Shown: in pieces, positions 1-9,818 of the stretch | Layout of the letters: the number at the start of each line of letters is the position of its first letter | Position numbering within the stretch: the first letter of the stretch is position 1 | The notes under the pieces: model-generated | Databases searched by the model: none | What the model saw: the letters and a program-made list of their open reading frames with translations, nothing else | Told to the model about the DNA's origin: nothing | Made by a program: the position numbers and the translations under genes | IMG/VR virus record: IMGVR_UViG_3300050343_000230 | Coordinates: 1-64,000 of that record | DNA from: a virus | Length of the DNA stretch: 64,000 bases | Reading direction: 5' to 3' (one strand)

Positions 1-79
1 GTAAGAGCGCGGTTGGCGCTGAGGTATTTTGGCGCGAAAGTGAGGAATAACTCAACAGCGAAGCAGTGATTTGCGGTGG

Positions 80-100
80 TTTTCCACAGCTTTCTCCACA
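80..100 (+). promoter_or_regulatory. Tandem DnaA-box-like sites (TTTTCCACA 80-88, TTCTCCACA 92-100)
   Basis: One exact match and one 1-mismatch match to the cyanobacterial DnaA box TTTTCCACA, 12 nt apart, in non-coding DNA upstream of an AT-rich tract. Confidence 0.45.
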
Positions 101-260
101 GGTCAGTTGATTAACTGTCCATCGTAGTTAGGTAGCAACGCCGCCGCCTTCACCTCTATCCCGCCCTGTCATATGTACCCATCCCACCCTTTCTTTTTTT
201 CTATACGGGTTATCAGTCGGACGGCTGTTGTAAGAACACTCAGGTAAATCTATTCATTTT

Positions 261-432
261 CGGTGTAAAAAGTGGGCCGGTGTAAAAATCGGCGCATAAA
301 AAAAGATCTGGAGTAGTTAATTACCCCAAATCACAAAAAAATAAAAAATTTTATATTATTAAATGCTGATATAAAAATTTATAGCCCAAAATATCACAAA
401 AGGGGGTGCTTACCCCAAACTTTTAGCCCAAA
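261..432. repeat. Short direct repeats in an AT-rich non-coding region
   Basis: CGGTGTAAAAA at 261 and 278; TACCCCAAA at 322 and 411; TAGCCCAAA at 382 and 424; ATCACAAAA at 330 and 393. Confidence 0.6.
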
Positions 433-447
433 TGCCCGGTCTTTGTT

Positions 448-726
448 CTAGATGCCTTGTCCTGGGCGCTGGCCTGGGTCACGTGCGCGTTGATATTCGC
501 GTGATACCTGGAATGCATCTTCCATCTTCTTTGTATCTGGGAGTTCACGGGCGAGTTCCCGACGAGCACCGTTGATAAATGTTTGTGTTTCTAGTGGACT
601 TTCGCCTGCCGAAGATCTTTTCTGGGCTTGATCTGCAATCGCAAGTAATGCAACGGCTTTTTCTTTCTTTTCGATGCCGCTTAAACCGCGATCCATGGCA
701 ATACTTTCAAAAACCAATGAATACAT
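448..726 (-). CDS. Hypothetical protein (92 aa)
   Basis: ATG ORF with no competing ORF, divergent from the virion module. Confidence 0.55.
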   Translation of the reverse strand: MYSLVFESIAMDRGLSGIEKKEKAVALLAIADQAQKRSSAGESPLETQTFINGARRELARELPDTKKMEDAFQVSREYQRARDPGQRPGQGI

Positions 727-795
727 CCTATAGCTAAGAAATTTTAGGCCTTAAAATAAATATATTCAAACAATGTTGTCAATAACTTTTTCATC

Positions 796-3333
796 ATGCT
801 GTCACCTGCTGATTACGCCGCTTATTCACGGGCTACTGGACTGGCTTACCCCCAATCAGACGAAGAAAAAGCAGGGATGTACGGTGATGTTCGTGATTTT
901 CGCCGCAATCAACTAAAAAAAGACGATGGTCCTAACCTTGCCGGGACAATGGCTATTGGCGCAGCCGCAATAGGTGGCATCGCAGGTGCAGGGCTACTTG
1001 GTAGAAAACTGTTAGCAAATGCCAGGAGGAATCAAACCCCATTAGGAGCTAAGACCGAGGGAGCCAGCGGCCAACCTGGGAAACAAGGAGGGGATTTAAG
1101 CGATCTTGCAACTGTACGCCGTATGGCTACGGCAGATATTCCTCAAACAGCTGCAAGTAACTCATTCACAAACTCTATTGTACGTGAAAACGCGCAAGGA
1201 CCGCGAACAAATTCATTAAGTGAGCAATTCACCGCCGATAATATTCAAGCGGGGGCTGAAAGCAAAGCAAAATCTAATGTTGCTACAGGATCTGTCTCAG
1301 GGTTAGCAGTACCGGGCAGTGGCTTTAGACAATTCAGTCAATCAGCCGATCAGATTGCAGGCGAAGCGGCAACTCCGCAGATCGTAGAGAAAAAAATTAC
1401 ATTTCAAGATGCATCACCGGCACCTGCGACTCGTTCTCAACAAGTAGCTGCTGAATCCGCAGAACAGAGAGCAAAGAACTTTGCTTCTGCCTCTGTTGAC
1501 ACAATGGTTGACATTCAAGAGAACAGAGAGCCGATCATTAAGGTTCAATCGACTGATGCATTAGATACTGCAGGCGATCAACTGGATAATAAGTTTGAAT
1601 CCGTTGTTCAACGTGATACTGACTCGATCTTTAAAGGTAAGCAAGCAGTTGCCTCCGAATTAAAGTTCACTGCTAAAGATTTGCTCAATTCACAGTTGCC
1701 AATGGATGAAGCAACCGATCGAATCATGGCAGCAGCTTCTGCAGGTAATGAAACTGCCAATATGCTTCTTGATCCCAATGTGCCTACCCGTCAATTGGCA
1801 CAAATGGGTGTATTAGGTAGTTCGATGAAGATGGATAAGGCATCAGGTCGTGTTGAAGCTAATCCAACGTATGAGATCAAAGGAGGTGCTGGTGCATCGA
1901 TGTCTGACCGTCCATCAAAGGCGCGAAAGCTAGTTGGAGCCTCTGTTGATGACGAAGGTGCTTCTAATTACGGTGATTTGTATGGATCTTCTGATGGTGA
2001 GTACCTTGATCTAGATACAGGCGCTGGTATTGAAGGGTCTGCTTATCTGAAAGAAACTGAAGGCTACAAAGAGCGTACCAATAAGGGGAAAACTTTCTTA
2101 GCAGGTAAAGTACAAGAGATGACAGGTTCTGTTCCTGGTTCGTCAAGACAAGAACGCGTTATTGATGAATTCATACCTATTCGTCAAGTACAAGGCGAGG
2201 AAAGTGCTGGTTATGTTGTTAGGCCAAGTATCCCTAAAGAAGAGCAATTTGCTTTAAGGTCTAAACGCCGTGTTGGCGCTGAGCCACGCGTTCAAGCAGG
2301 AACCGAAGGAGAAGATTTAAATGTTACTGGCAGCAGATTGATTGGTAACTTTGAAGCACCAGAATCTACTCCTTTCTTCCAGTTTGACGATGAAGTTGGT
2401 GTCTTGGTTTCAGATGAGGGTTTTATCAATCCCACTATCCGAGGTCGTGGCATTAAAGATTTAAAAACAGCACAGAACATTCCTTTGACAGGACGTTATA
2501 ACCCTGGGGATGATCGCTTAACAACTCAGCCTTATATGCTGTTCAATACAATCAATACTGAAGCAGGAGAGAAGAGTGTAAAGCAGCCCATCTATGGACC
2601 CCTTCTTCAGACTGTTAAAAATGAAAAGGGCGAACGTCGTGCTGTACCAACTGCTTTAAGTCGTGCTGAATTGTCTGATGCAGCAGATCGAGCTTCTGCT
2701 GAATTCATGGATCCTTCTGTACAACGTGCGTATCTTGGTGCAACAGATCCTGAATACTTAAAAATTCAAGAAGGCCCGATTGAAACACGTCCTTTTGATC
2801 GAACTGGTTATGTTGCAATGCGTTTGAATGAAGAAGCCATTATGCCTGACGGGATGATCAGGAAAGGACAATCTATTGAACTTCCTATCTTGTCAGATCC
2901 TTCTGCTAAACATCGTTTTGTTTCTGATATAAGCAGTGGTAGTTATGATTCTCAACAGTATGGCCGCGTTCCATATAAGAAAGGAGCGGAAGCAGAACCT
3001 ACTGGAGGAACAGAGCGCAAAGGTTTTGGTGGTGTGAATCCTATGGAACTGGAAGATGCTTCCGGGTATGAAGGAAAAGTTGCCTTCCGTACTCCTCGTG
3101 TTGAAGGAGGTCGTTCTCTTACACCAGCAGAATCACGCCCAGTAGCAGCACCTTCTAATCCTGTTGCAACTGGCATAGCAGAAACACGAACTAAGTTGGA
3201 ACAAGTAAAACCAAGTCGTGTCGTGTACGCTCCTGAACCTAGCCCTGATAGCATTGATTCATATGATGTTGGTTCTGTAATGCAACAAACCATGGCACAA
3301 GCAGGCCGTCGCCGTGGCTCAAGGAGGAACTGA
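796..3333 (+). CDS. Large putative internal virion/ejection protein
   Basis: 845-aa ORF; N-terminal Gly/Ala hydrophobic segment (AIGAAAIGGIAGAGLLG); first gene of the structural cluster; TAAAAT at 752-757. Confidence 0.55.
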   Translation: MLSPADYAAYSRATGLAYPQSDEEKAGMYGDVRDFRRNQLKKDDGPNLAGTMAIGAAAIGGIAGAGLLGRKLLANARRNQTPLGAKTEGASGQPGKQGGDLSDLATVRRMATADIPQTAASNSFTNSIVRENAQGPRTNSLSEQFTADNIQAGAESKAKSNVATGSVSGLAVPGSGFRQFSQSADQIAGEAATPQIVEKKITFQDASPAPATRSQQVAAESAEQRAKNFASASVDTMVDIQENREPIIKVQSTDALDTAGDQLDNKFESVVQRDTDSIFKGKQAVASELKFTAKDLLNSQLPMDEATDRIMAAASAGNETANMLLDPNVPTRQLAQMGVLGSSMKMDKASGRVEANPTYEIKGGAGASMSDRPSKARKLVGASVDDEGASNYGDLYGSSDGEYLDLDTGAGIEGSAYLKETEGYKERTNKGKTFLAGKVQEMTGSVPGSSRQERVIDEFIPIRQVQGEESAGYVVRPSIPKEEQFALRSKRRVGAEPRVQAGTEGEDLNVTGSRLIGNFEAPESTPFFQFDDEVGVLVSDEGFINPTIRGRGIKDLKTAQNIPLTGRYNPGDDRLTTQPYMLFNTINTEAGEKSVKQPIYGPLLQTVKNEKGERRAVPTALSRAELSDAADRASAEFMDPSVQRAYLGATDPEYLKIQEGPIETRPFDRTGYVAMRLNEEAIMPDGMIRKGQSIELPILSDPSAKHRFVSDISSGSYDSQQYGRVPYKKGAEAEPTGGTERKGFGGVNPMELEDASGYEGKVAFRTPRVEGGRSLTPAESRPVAAPSNPVATGIAETRTKLEQVKPSRVVYAPEPSPDSIDSYDVGSVMQQTMAQAGRRRGSRRN

Positions 3334-3335
3334 TT

Positions 3336-3569
3336 ATGACAGAAAAGAAAACAAAGACCAAAAACAAAGAAGACAAGGATTGGATTGGTAAAGCAGTCAA
3401 ACGTCCTGGTAGCTTTACGGCTAAAGCAAAAAAGAAAGGTATCACTTCTGCACAGCTGCAAGCCAACGTGGAAAAAGATCCTGATAAGTTTGACGAAAAA
3501 ACGCAGAAGCAGGCACGTCTTCGCGAAACTCTTGTACGATTAAACAAAAACAAAAAAGCTAAAAAATAA
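3336..3569 (+). CDS. Small Lys-rich protein
   Basis: 77 aa, very basic, WIGKAVKRPGSF motif; stop overlaps next start (TAATG). Confidence 0.7.
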   Translation: MTEKKTKTKNKEDKDWIGKAVKRPGSFTAKAKKKGITSAQLQANVEKDPDKFDEKTQKQARLRETLVRLNKNKKAKK

Positions 3570-4171
3570 TGCCCATCGATCCGCGCCTCGTTTCTTCAAA
3601 TCCCAGTAAGGTACTTGAGAATTCAAAGCTTAAGTTCTTTAAGGAAGTAAACATTGACTATGCGGATTCTTTTAAAAAGAAATCGACAGAGCCTCCTTTC
3701 ACAATTAACCGCTTTGATTCATCTGACTTAAGACGTAAAGTTCAGGCAAAGAAACCAAAGCTCAATCCTCGTCTTAGTTTTATTACAGAAGATAATGCAC
3801 AGGAGTTCGAGCTGTTTACTGGTGTAGGTAGATTCGATAGTCAGAAGCAAGACCTATATAGTTTTGAAAACGGTAGGCCCAATACAAAGGAAAACTTTAC
3901 TCAATACCCAGACTACAAACCTGTATGGGCTGATTTGTATTATGCAAGCCCAACAGTAGAAAAACGTGCCAAGAATCCAATGCCTAGCGTTCGTGATCCT
4001 GACCCACAAGGAATCATCATGTCACGTGCTGAATCTAAAGCTGAGAAGAATTTCGAAGATGAACTAAGCGTGGCACAGCTAATTAATCCTTCTCCGGAAG
4101 CTTCTAAATCTAGTAAGAAGCCAGCTGAAGCAGCAGACAAAAAAGAAGGTGTAGGAGAGAAAGAAAAATAA
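3569..4171 (+). CDS. Hypothetical virion-module protein
   Basis: 200-aa ORF, translationally coupled to upstream gene. Confidence 0.7.
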   Translation: MPIDPRLVSSNPSKVLENSKLKFFKEVNIDYADSFKKKSTEPPFTINRFDSSDLRRKVQAKKPKLNPRLSFITEDNAQEFELFTGVGRFDSQKQDLYSFENGRPNTKENFTQYPDYKPVWADLYYASPTVEKRAKNPMPSVRDPDPQGIIMSRAESKAEKNFEDELSVAQLINPSPEASKSSKKPAEAADKKEGVGEKEK

Positions 4172-4205
4172 GTCAGCTTAAAATTAAAATATAGTCGGAC
4201 ATGTT

Positions 4206-4874
4206 ATGGCATACGCTCAGATTGCAAGAGGATTAGGACAAGTCCTAGGTAAAGGATTCCTGCGTAATCTGGGCGGAAAGAAAGCAGTAAAAGAAATTGC
4301 ACAAGAATCTCTGCTTAGTGGTGGCCTTAACTTTGGTTTAGGCATTGGTGGGCAAGTAATGGCAAACCAGCCTATTGATGTAGGCCAGGCTCTTTTATAT
4401 GCTGGTGCAGATACATTGGCGTCAGGTGCTTCACTAGCTGGTGTTCGTGGTTCAAGACCAAGACGAATGCGCAAAGTTCAAGTTACAGATCCTAAGACAG
4501 GACAAAAGATAATGCAGACAGAACGGGTGCGTTCTAAGTTAGAAACACCTGTAAATATTCTTGCTTCTATTGGATCAAGTATTCCTGTAGGGATGTTAGC
4601 GGGTCAAGGTAATGGCAATGCTTTGCAAGGACAAGGAACTACCTTAATTCAAAACCCACAAACAGTTCAGGTAGCACAGCAAAATGCTCAACGTGCTCTT
4701 GTCAATATGGATCCTAACCTTATAGCAGGAGCTTATATGCCAGGTACTATGATGCAGAATACAAATGCACCTAGTAGCTCTGCTATGTACCAGCAGTTTT
4801 TAAATGATGCTGGAAGGGGTGTTGGTAATGATGCTACATTCCACGCCAACTCAATGGCAATTATGGGTCTGTAA
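4206..4874 (+). CDS. Gly/Ala-rich putative internal virion protein
   Basis: 222 aa with glycine-rich hydrophobic stretches. Confidence 0.6.
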   Translation: MAYAQIARGLGQVLGKGFLRNLGGKKAVKEIAQESLLSGGLNFGLGIGGQVMANQPIDVGQALLYAGADTLASGASLAGVRGSRPRRMRKVQVTDPKTGQKIMQTERVRSKLETPVNILASIGSSIPVGMLAGQGNGNALQGQGTTLIQNPQTVQVAQQNAQRALVNMDPNLIAGAYMPGTMMQNTNAPSSSAMYQQFLNDAGRGVGNDATFHANSMAIMGL

Positions 4875-4876
4875 TT

Positions 4877-5887
4877 ATGTTGGCAGGATTACGTAAAGGC
4901 TGGGAGACAGCTTCCAAAGTAATGCAGAACACAGGTGACTATGGTCACTCAATTATTCCTGCAAATACAAGAAGTAGAGACTTTTATAAAAATTTAGCTG
5001 CAGAAGGAGTCACCAAAGAAACACCTGCGCAACTAGCTGGGGCCTTAGGTGCACGGATGGTTACCGACTTAGGCACTGATGGTACACGTAATCTTTATTG
5101 GCGCTACAACCATCCCTCTCAAGTTACACAGAAAGGATTTGAAAAAGCAGTAGGGCCTGCAATTAACCAATACACGCAGCCACAGAAAGCTGCTATTGGT
5201 TTAACTGCAATTGGTTTACCAGTAGGTGCCTCCCTTGGCACAATGGATCTTACTAATCTGGGAGAGCTTGGAAGACCAAAAGGTTTTGCTCAAAGTTATT
5301 CAGAAGTAGGTGCAGAAGATCGCCGTGAGACTGGACAAGTTGTGCCAGAACTTATTGATCGTTTTGCATTAGGCCGCCAGGGGCGTCCTCTTAAATTTGA
5401 AACTGCACAACAAGATATTCCTGATTTAACGAAAGAACGTTACAGCAATTATCAAAAGTTTTTGTATAACGAAAAAGGTCCATTAGGTGTTGGAATACTT
5501 AAAGGCACCATGGAAAACTTACAGGGTGAACCTGAGATACGACTAGCAGGCTTCCCAGTAGGCCTTCAAGCAGCTGGTGCTGCCGTTGGCGGTACGTTAG
5601 GTGTTAGAGCTGCTACAGCTGGTAATACAAAGATTAAAGATACGATTGGAGGACAGCAGGTTTTAAGACCAGGAACTAAAATGCCAGCACGTAAAGTTGT
5701 TGGTATTGGTGCAGCAGGTGCTTTAGCCGGTGGTCTGACAGGTAAATTAATCAACATGGCAATTGCTCGTGGAGCACGTAAGGATCTGCCAAGTACTTAT
5801 GAGTACAGCAATCAGCACAACCAAGCAGTAAACAACATGCTTGCAGAAGGGCAAATTGATGAACAACAGTATCGCGCAATGCTTTGA
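4877..5887 (+). CDS. Putative internal virion/ejection protein
   Basis: 336 aa with several GxxxG hydrophobic segments. Confidence 0.6.
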   Translation: MLAGLRKGWETASKVMQNTGDYGHSIIPANTRSRDFYKNLAAEGVTKETPAQLAGALGARMVTDLGTDGTRNLYWRYNHPSQVTQKGFEKAVGPAINQYTQPQKAAIGLTAIGLPVGASLGTMDLTNLGELGRPKGFAQSYSEVGAEDRRETGQVVPELIDRFALGRQGRPLKFETAQQDIPDLTKERYSNYQKFLYNEKGPLGVGILKGTMENLQGEPEIRLAGFPVGLQAAGAAVGGTLGVRAATAGNTKIKDTIGGQQVLRPGTKMPARKVVGIGAAGALAGGLTGKLINMAIARGARKDLPSTYEYSNQHNQAVNNMLAEGQIDEQQYRAML

Positions 5888-5937
5888 ATTGGTTGCGATA
5901 GAATTTAATTAAATAATGTACATAGGCGGATTAAACA

Positions 5938-6867
5938 ATGATGTATGGAACATATGGTGGAGGTGTTCCCGGAGCACCCGGTAATATGGGTGGAGTAGGC
6001 GCTCCTGTTTCATTTGCTGGCGGTGTCTCACCTTCAGTGCGCGTTAGTGGTGGTAACAACCCCACAAGTGTTGCAGTTCCAGACATCAGCCTTGGTGGCG
6101 GCGGTAACTTAAACAATGCTGGGATGATGGAACGTGCACGAGCCATGACGGGACAGGCTCGGAACATGGCGGACAGCATGCACACTCGTGTCGTTAATAA
6201 CTCACAACGTGGTGGTTTGTTCCCTAGAGGTGCCTTACTTGGCGGTGCCCTGATGGGTGGAATCGTGCCAGGCGCTCAAGCTATTCAACGAGGTGATGCC
6301 GTAGAAGGTGTAGCAACTATTGGTGCTACTGCTGGTATTGCTGCTGGTGTTGGTAAAGCTGCTCAGAGGATAAACAATCCTTACGCCAAGATCGGAGCAA
6401 TGGCTGTAGGCGGTCTGCTTTCAGGTGGTATTGGCCAAGGCGTTGGTCAGCTCGCAGAAGATGTTGTTGGTGGTATTACCGGCAAAGGATCTAGCGAAGG
6501 AGCAGGTCGCAAGCGGAATGTTAAGGATGCAAGGAACCAAGCTGAGGTAATGGAAATCCTTGGCGGTGCAGCAATGCAACCTTATGTTCAAGCAAATATT
6601 GAACTTAGTGAAGCTGCAATGAATCAGCGCATTCTTGAAGCCCAAAGGATGCTGCCAACAATTAACCGGATGAAGAACGCTGATTTGGTTCGTCAGCAAG
6701 CTATTAATGCTTCTAACACCCAAAACTATATGGCGATGGGTACTGTTGCTACTGCTGGCAAACTTGCACTAGGTGCTCAAGAACAAGCCGGTGCAAACCT
6801 TCGCACTGCAATGACTGCTAATCCTTATGCGAATAGCACCATGCAGGCTCCTTCCATTAGCTACTGA
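5938..6867 (+). CDS. Gly-rich putative ejection (pilot-like) protein
   Basis: 309 aa; glycine-zipper-like segments then Q/A-rich helical C-terminus; TAGAAT at 5899-5904. Confidence 0.6.
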   Translation: MMYGTYGGGVPGAPGNMGGVGAPVSFAGGVSPSVRVSGGNNPTSVAVPDISLGGGGNLNNAGMMERARAMTGQARNMADSMHTRVVNNSQRGGLFPRGALLGGALMGGIVPGAQAIQRGDAVEGVATIGATAGIAAGVGKAAQRINNPYAKIGAMAVGGLLSGGIGQGVGQLAEDVVGGITGKGSSEGAGRKRNVKDARNQAEVMEILGGAAMQPYVQANIELSEAAMNQRILEAQRMLPTINRMKNADLVRQQAINASNTQNYMAMGTVATAGKLALGAQEQAGANLRTAMTANPYANSTMQAPSISY

Positions 6868-6872
6868 GTAAG

Positions 6873-7463
6873 ATGACACGTATTTCCGCTTACGCTTCTC
6901 CTTTGATAGGCCAAACTGTTGGCGGAGATATTGACCCTGACATCTTGGCGCGAGCTTCTTTGATTCAAAAAGGGCAAGAGAATGGGTTAATTCCAGAGAT
7001 GGCAACCCCTGGCAATCCTGTTGCTGTTGAAATTCAACCTTTTCAGACTTATCTAAACAGTACCCAATTAGATACTGGATTGGATGCTACACCTTCTGGT
7101 AGTGATCTTCCTGCTACTCCTGAAAGTCCCAAGCCGATGAGCGAGCTGGACTTTTTTGAAAGACTACTGAAGACTCAAACAGATGCAAAGATGTATGAAA
7201 ATAGCCCAGAAGTAATGAAGGCAAAAACTGATGAAGCCTTAAGACTGATGAATGCAATTGGTGATCGTCAACAGAAATATGGTTGGCAGTCACAACTGGT
7301 TGGCTTTGCTTTAAATAAACTGCCAGACATGCTGTCTGCTGGGGCACGTAATCGTAATTACTACTTAGATCAACTAGTAAGTAAAGGTCCAGCAATTAGC
7401 CAAGCCGCTTCAAGTATGTATACAGGAGCAGGAACTGGTAATTACTTTGGCAGAGGAGTCTAG
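6873..7463 (+). CDS. Hypothetical virion-module protein
   Basis: 196-aa ORF in a tightly packed operon. Confidence 0.7.
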   Translation: MTRISAYASPLIGQTVGGDIDPDILARASLIQKGQENGLIPEMATPGNPVAVEIQPFQTYLNSTQLDTGLDATPSGSDLPATPESPKPMSELDFFERLLKTQTDAKMYENSPEVMKAKTDEALRLMNAIGDRQQKYGWQSQLVGFALNKLPDMLSAGARNRNYYLDQLVSKGPAISQAASSMYTGAGTGNYFGRGV

Positions 7464-7481
7464 TAGCTGTAAAATATTAAG

Positions 7482-7979
7482 ATGGCAGGCCTTAATTCCG
7501 CGCCCTCGTCTGTTGCCACTTCTTTCCTGAATCAGACCGCTGGAACCAATACTTCTCAGTTTTGGAATCCCAGCAATATGGCAAACACCTGGGGAATCCA
7601 AAACCCGACACCCACAACATCAACAGGAGGTAATATGGTATTTCCATGGGCAGCCGCAGCAACCGTAGCAGCTCCTCTAATCGGAGGTCTGTTCCAAGGC
7701 AATGCGCAGAATCAAAAGCGAGAAGGAGCTAAAGAAGCTGTTGGCTTGCAGAATGCCATGCAGCAAGACACGGCATTGGCTGGGTTTGGTGCACAGGAAT
7801 TAACAAGAGATAATGATTGGCAGAGGCAACTAGCAGGTCAAATTGCGATGCTTGATTTAAGAAATAGTCCAGGTTACATCGCTGACATGTCGAGGCAAGC
7901 AGGCTTCGCTGGTTCTCTCGCTGGCCAATCACCGGCAACATTAGCTAGAGCAAATGCAATGTTTGGAGGTTTCGCATGA
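7482..7979 (+). CDS. Putative pilot/ejection protein, possible second start at 7635
   Basis: 165 aa; WAAAATVAAPLIGGLF segment followed by Q-rich helix; AGGAGG (7625-7630) precedes the in-frame ATG at 7635. Confidence 0.6.
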   Translation: MAGLNSAPSSVATSFLNQTAGTNTSQFWNPSNMANTWGIQNPTPTTSTGGNMVFPWAAAATVAAPLIGGLFQGNAQNQKREGAKEAVGLQNAMQQDTALAGFGAQELTRDNDWQRQLAGQIAMLDLRNSPGYIADMSRQAGFAGSLAGQSPATLARANAMFGGFA

Positions 7980-8518
7980 TTTTTGGATTATTTGGTGGCA
8001 ATAAACCTGCCGAAAGCCCTGAGCAATTAGGTTATGAACCTAATGAGGCTACACAGTACTTAATGGACTACCTTCAAAATGGTAGTAAATTTTCTAGCTC
8101 AAACGAAGCCTTTCGAGACAATTTAAACAGCACTTTAGGTACAGAACGTGGAGTTAATGTTGTAGGAGCAGCGTTTGCTCCGCAGATGAGCAGATACGGC
8201 AGTGAAGAAGAAATCAATTCTCTTTACAATGCTGCTCGCCTTGCAGGCGCTGCTGACAATCCTAACGAGCTACGTAACTTCACTTCACAATATCTTGCGA
8301 TGACACCTGCTGGCCAAGCGCAAGACATGAGTCCTTATTACAATAACCAGTCTTACTTGGGAGCAACAGCTAGAGATGCAAAAGGTGAATACGTAGGGCA
8401 ACGTGTATTTGGAAATAACGAAGAGATGTATACAAAAGCAAAGGACTTGATCGGGACTTCCACTGATTTAGCTCAAAATTATATTGCCAAACTAGGTGCT
8501 AAAGGAGGCTTTTCGTAA
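7976..8518 (+). CDS. Hypothetical virion-module protein
   Basis: 180 aa, ATGA overlap with upstream gene. Confidence 0.7.
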   Translation: MIFGLFGGNKPAESPEQLGYEPNEATQYLMDYLQNGSKFSSSNEAFRDNLNSTLGTERGVNVVGAAFAPQMSRYGSEEEINSLYNAARLAGAADNPNELRNFTSQYLAMTPAGQAQDMSPYYNNQSYLGATARDAKGEYVGQRVFGNNEEMYTKAKDLIGTSTDLAQNYIAKLGAKGGFS

Positions 8519-9273
8519 TGACAAGAGTAGGAAAGAGAGAGTATCTAGATTGGGCTGGTGATCGCGAATGCGGTACAGAAGATAGAGCTCTTGAGGTAGC
8601 ACGGCAAATTGGCATTTCAAATGTCAATAGCCAAAATGATGCCAATCAAATGAATGCTGAGTGTAGGAGGCAGAACAATGAAAACAATTCTCCTTCTCCT
8701 TCTCCTTCGCCAGAGCCAGAGCCTTTTGTAGACTCAGGCCCTACTTTTGTTGGTACTAATGCAGATGGGCAGGGCTTAACTGCCGCTGAGTTTGATTTGT
8801 ACGCCCAACAAACAATGTTTGGGTTGCAGTCTGCACAGCAGTCGCAGATGCAAGATTCTATTAATTCTACTTCGCTAGCAATTCAGAATCTTGAAAATGA
8901 AGCTTCTGCTTATGCACAAGACTCAGAAACGGGTCGTAATGTTTACAGCGAAGATGCTGCTAGTTGGCGTACTGACATCAGTACTAAACGCCAGCAAGAA
9001 TGGACTATGTATGATTCAGCGATGGATTATAAGGCGTCCGTTGATTCTCAAAAAATTAAAGGGGAATACGATGTTAGCCTTCGTAAAATCATGAATGCTG
9101 GCAATGAATCTGTAGCCAAAATTCAAGGCGAGTACAGTACAGCTAATACTCGTTTATCAGGTGAATATGATTTAGCAGGTGAGAAAGTTCGTGGTGCCGC
9201 TGCTCGTGATGTAGCGCAACGCAATAAAGAAGCAAGCATGTTTGGCAGTTTCTTAGGCGGCTTTTGGTCTTGA
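8518..9273 (+). CDS. Putative internal virion protein
   Basis: 251 aa, SPSPSPEPEP linker, helical repeats (IKGEY/IQGEY/LSGEY). Confidence 0.65.
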   Translation: MTRVGKREYLDWAGDRECGTEDRALEVARQIGISNVNSQNDANQMNAECRRQNNENNSPSPSPSPEPEPFVDSGPTFVGTNADGQGLTAAEFDLYAQQTMFGLQSAQQSQMQDSINSTSLAIQNLENEASAYAQDSETGRNVYSEDAASWRTDISTKRQQEWTMYDSAMDYKASVDSQKIKGEYDVSLRKIMNAGNESVAKIQGEYSTANTRLSGEYDLAGEKVRGAAARDVAQRNKEASMFGSFLGGFWS

Positions 9274-9324
9274 TTTAAGATGTAGTATCAGTAGTATAAT
9301 TAGTATAGTCAATTCGTTTATAGC

Positions 9325-9507
9325 ATGTCTAACAACCCAGGCGAATCCAACCTCAATAAAAATGATGCCGCCGTTGACCTTAAGACTTTCCAATCACTTT
9401 TGGACAAGCTAGAAGGATCTAAGAAGCGCCAACAGCGTCAGAAATCAGTAGAAGGTCGTCGTGACATCTACAGCCAAGGTCTTGCTTCCATGATGAGCAA
9501 CTTCTAA
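9325..9507 (+). CDS. Small hypothetical protein
   Basis: 60 aa, TATAAT at 9295-9300 upstream. Confidence 0.65.
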   Translation: MSNNPGESNLNKNDAAVDLKTFQSLLDKLEGSKKRQQRQKSVEGRRDIYSQGLASMMSNF

Positions 9508-9518
9508 GGAGTGGATCC

Positions 9519-9818
9519 ATGGTTGTAGGAGCACCTAAACCCCCAGCAGGACAAGTAGGAGTAACATCAGCTACGCCTAAAAATGTTGATGACACCTACG
9601 CAAATGACGATTGGTTTGATCTAGACCAATACAAAAAAGCTGCACAAGTTGCATACGATTTTTCCATTGGAAAGATGGAAAAAAGCGGTGACGAAGAACG
9701 TGAAACCATCGGGAAAGGAGCTTTTGAACAACGCAAGTCAGCGGACCAGCAGCAACAGTTCAGCGAAAAAGACGAAGCCAGGGATTACCGCCAGGCACAA
9801 AAGGGATATCGATTCTAA
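9519..9818 (+). CDS. Hypothetical protein
   Basis: 99 aa with a clear SD (AAGGAG) upstream. Confidence 0.7.
   Translation: MVVGAPKPPAGQVGVTSATPKNVDDTYANDDWFDLDQYKKAAQVAYDFSIGKMEKSGDEERETIGKGAFEQRKSADQQQQFSEKDEARDYRQAQKGYRF

Noticed and set aside
8689-8723. TCTCCT/CCAGAG microrepeats, and the 18-nt duplication at 13019-13054
   Set aside because: In-frame coding repeats for Ser-Pro/Glu-Pro and GPNTP linkers; unit lengths are multiples of three, so not phase variation
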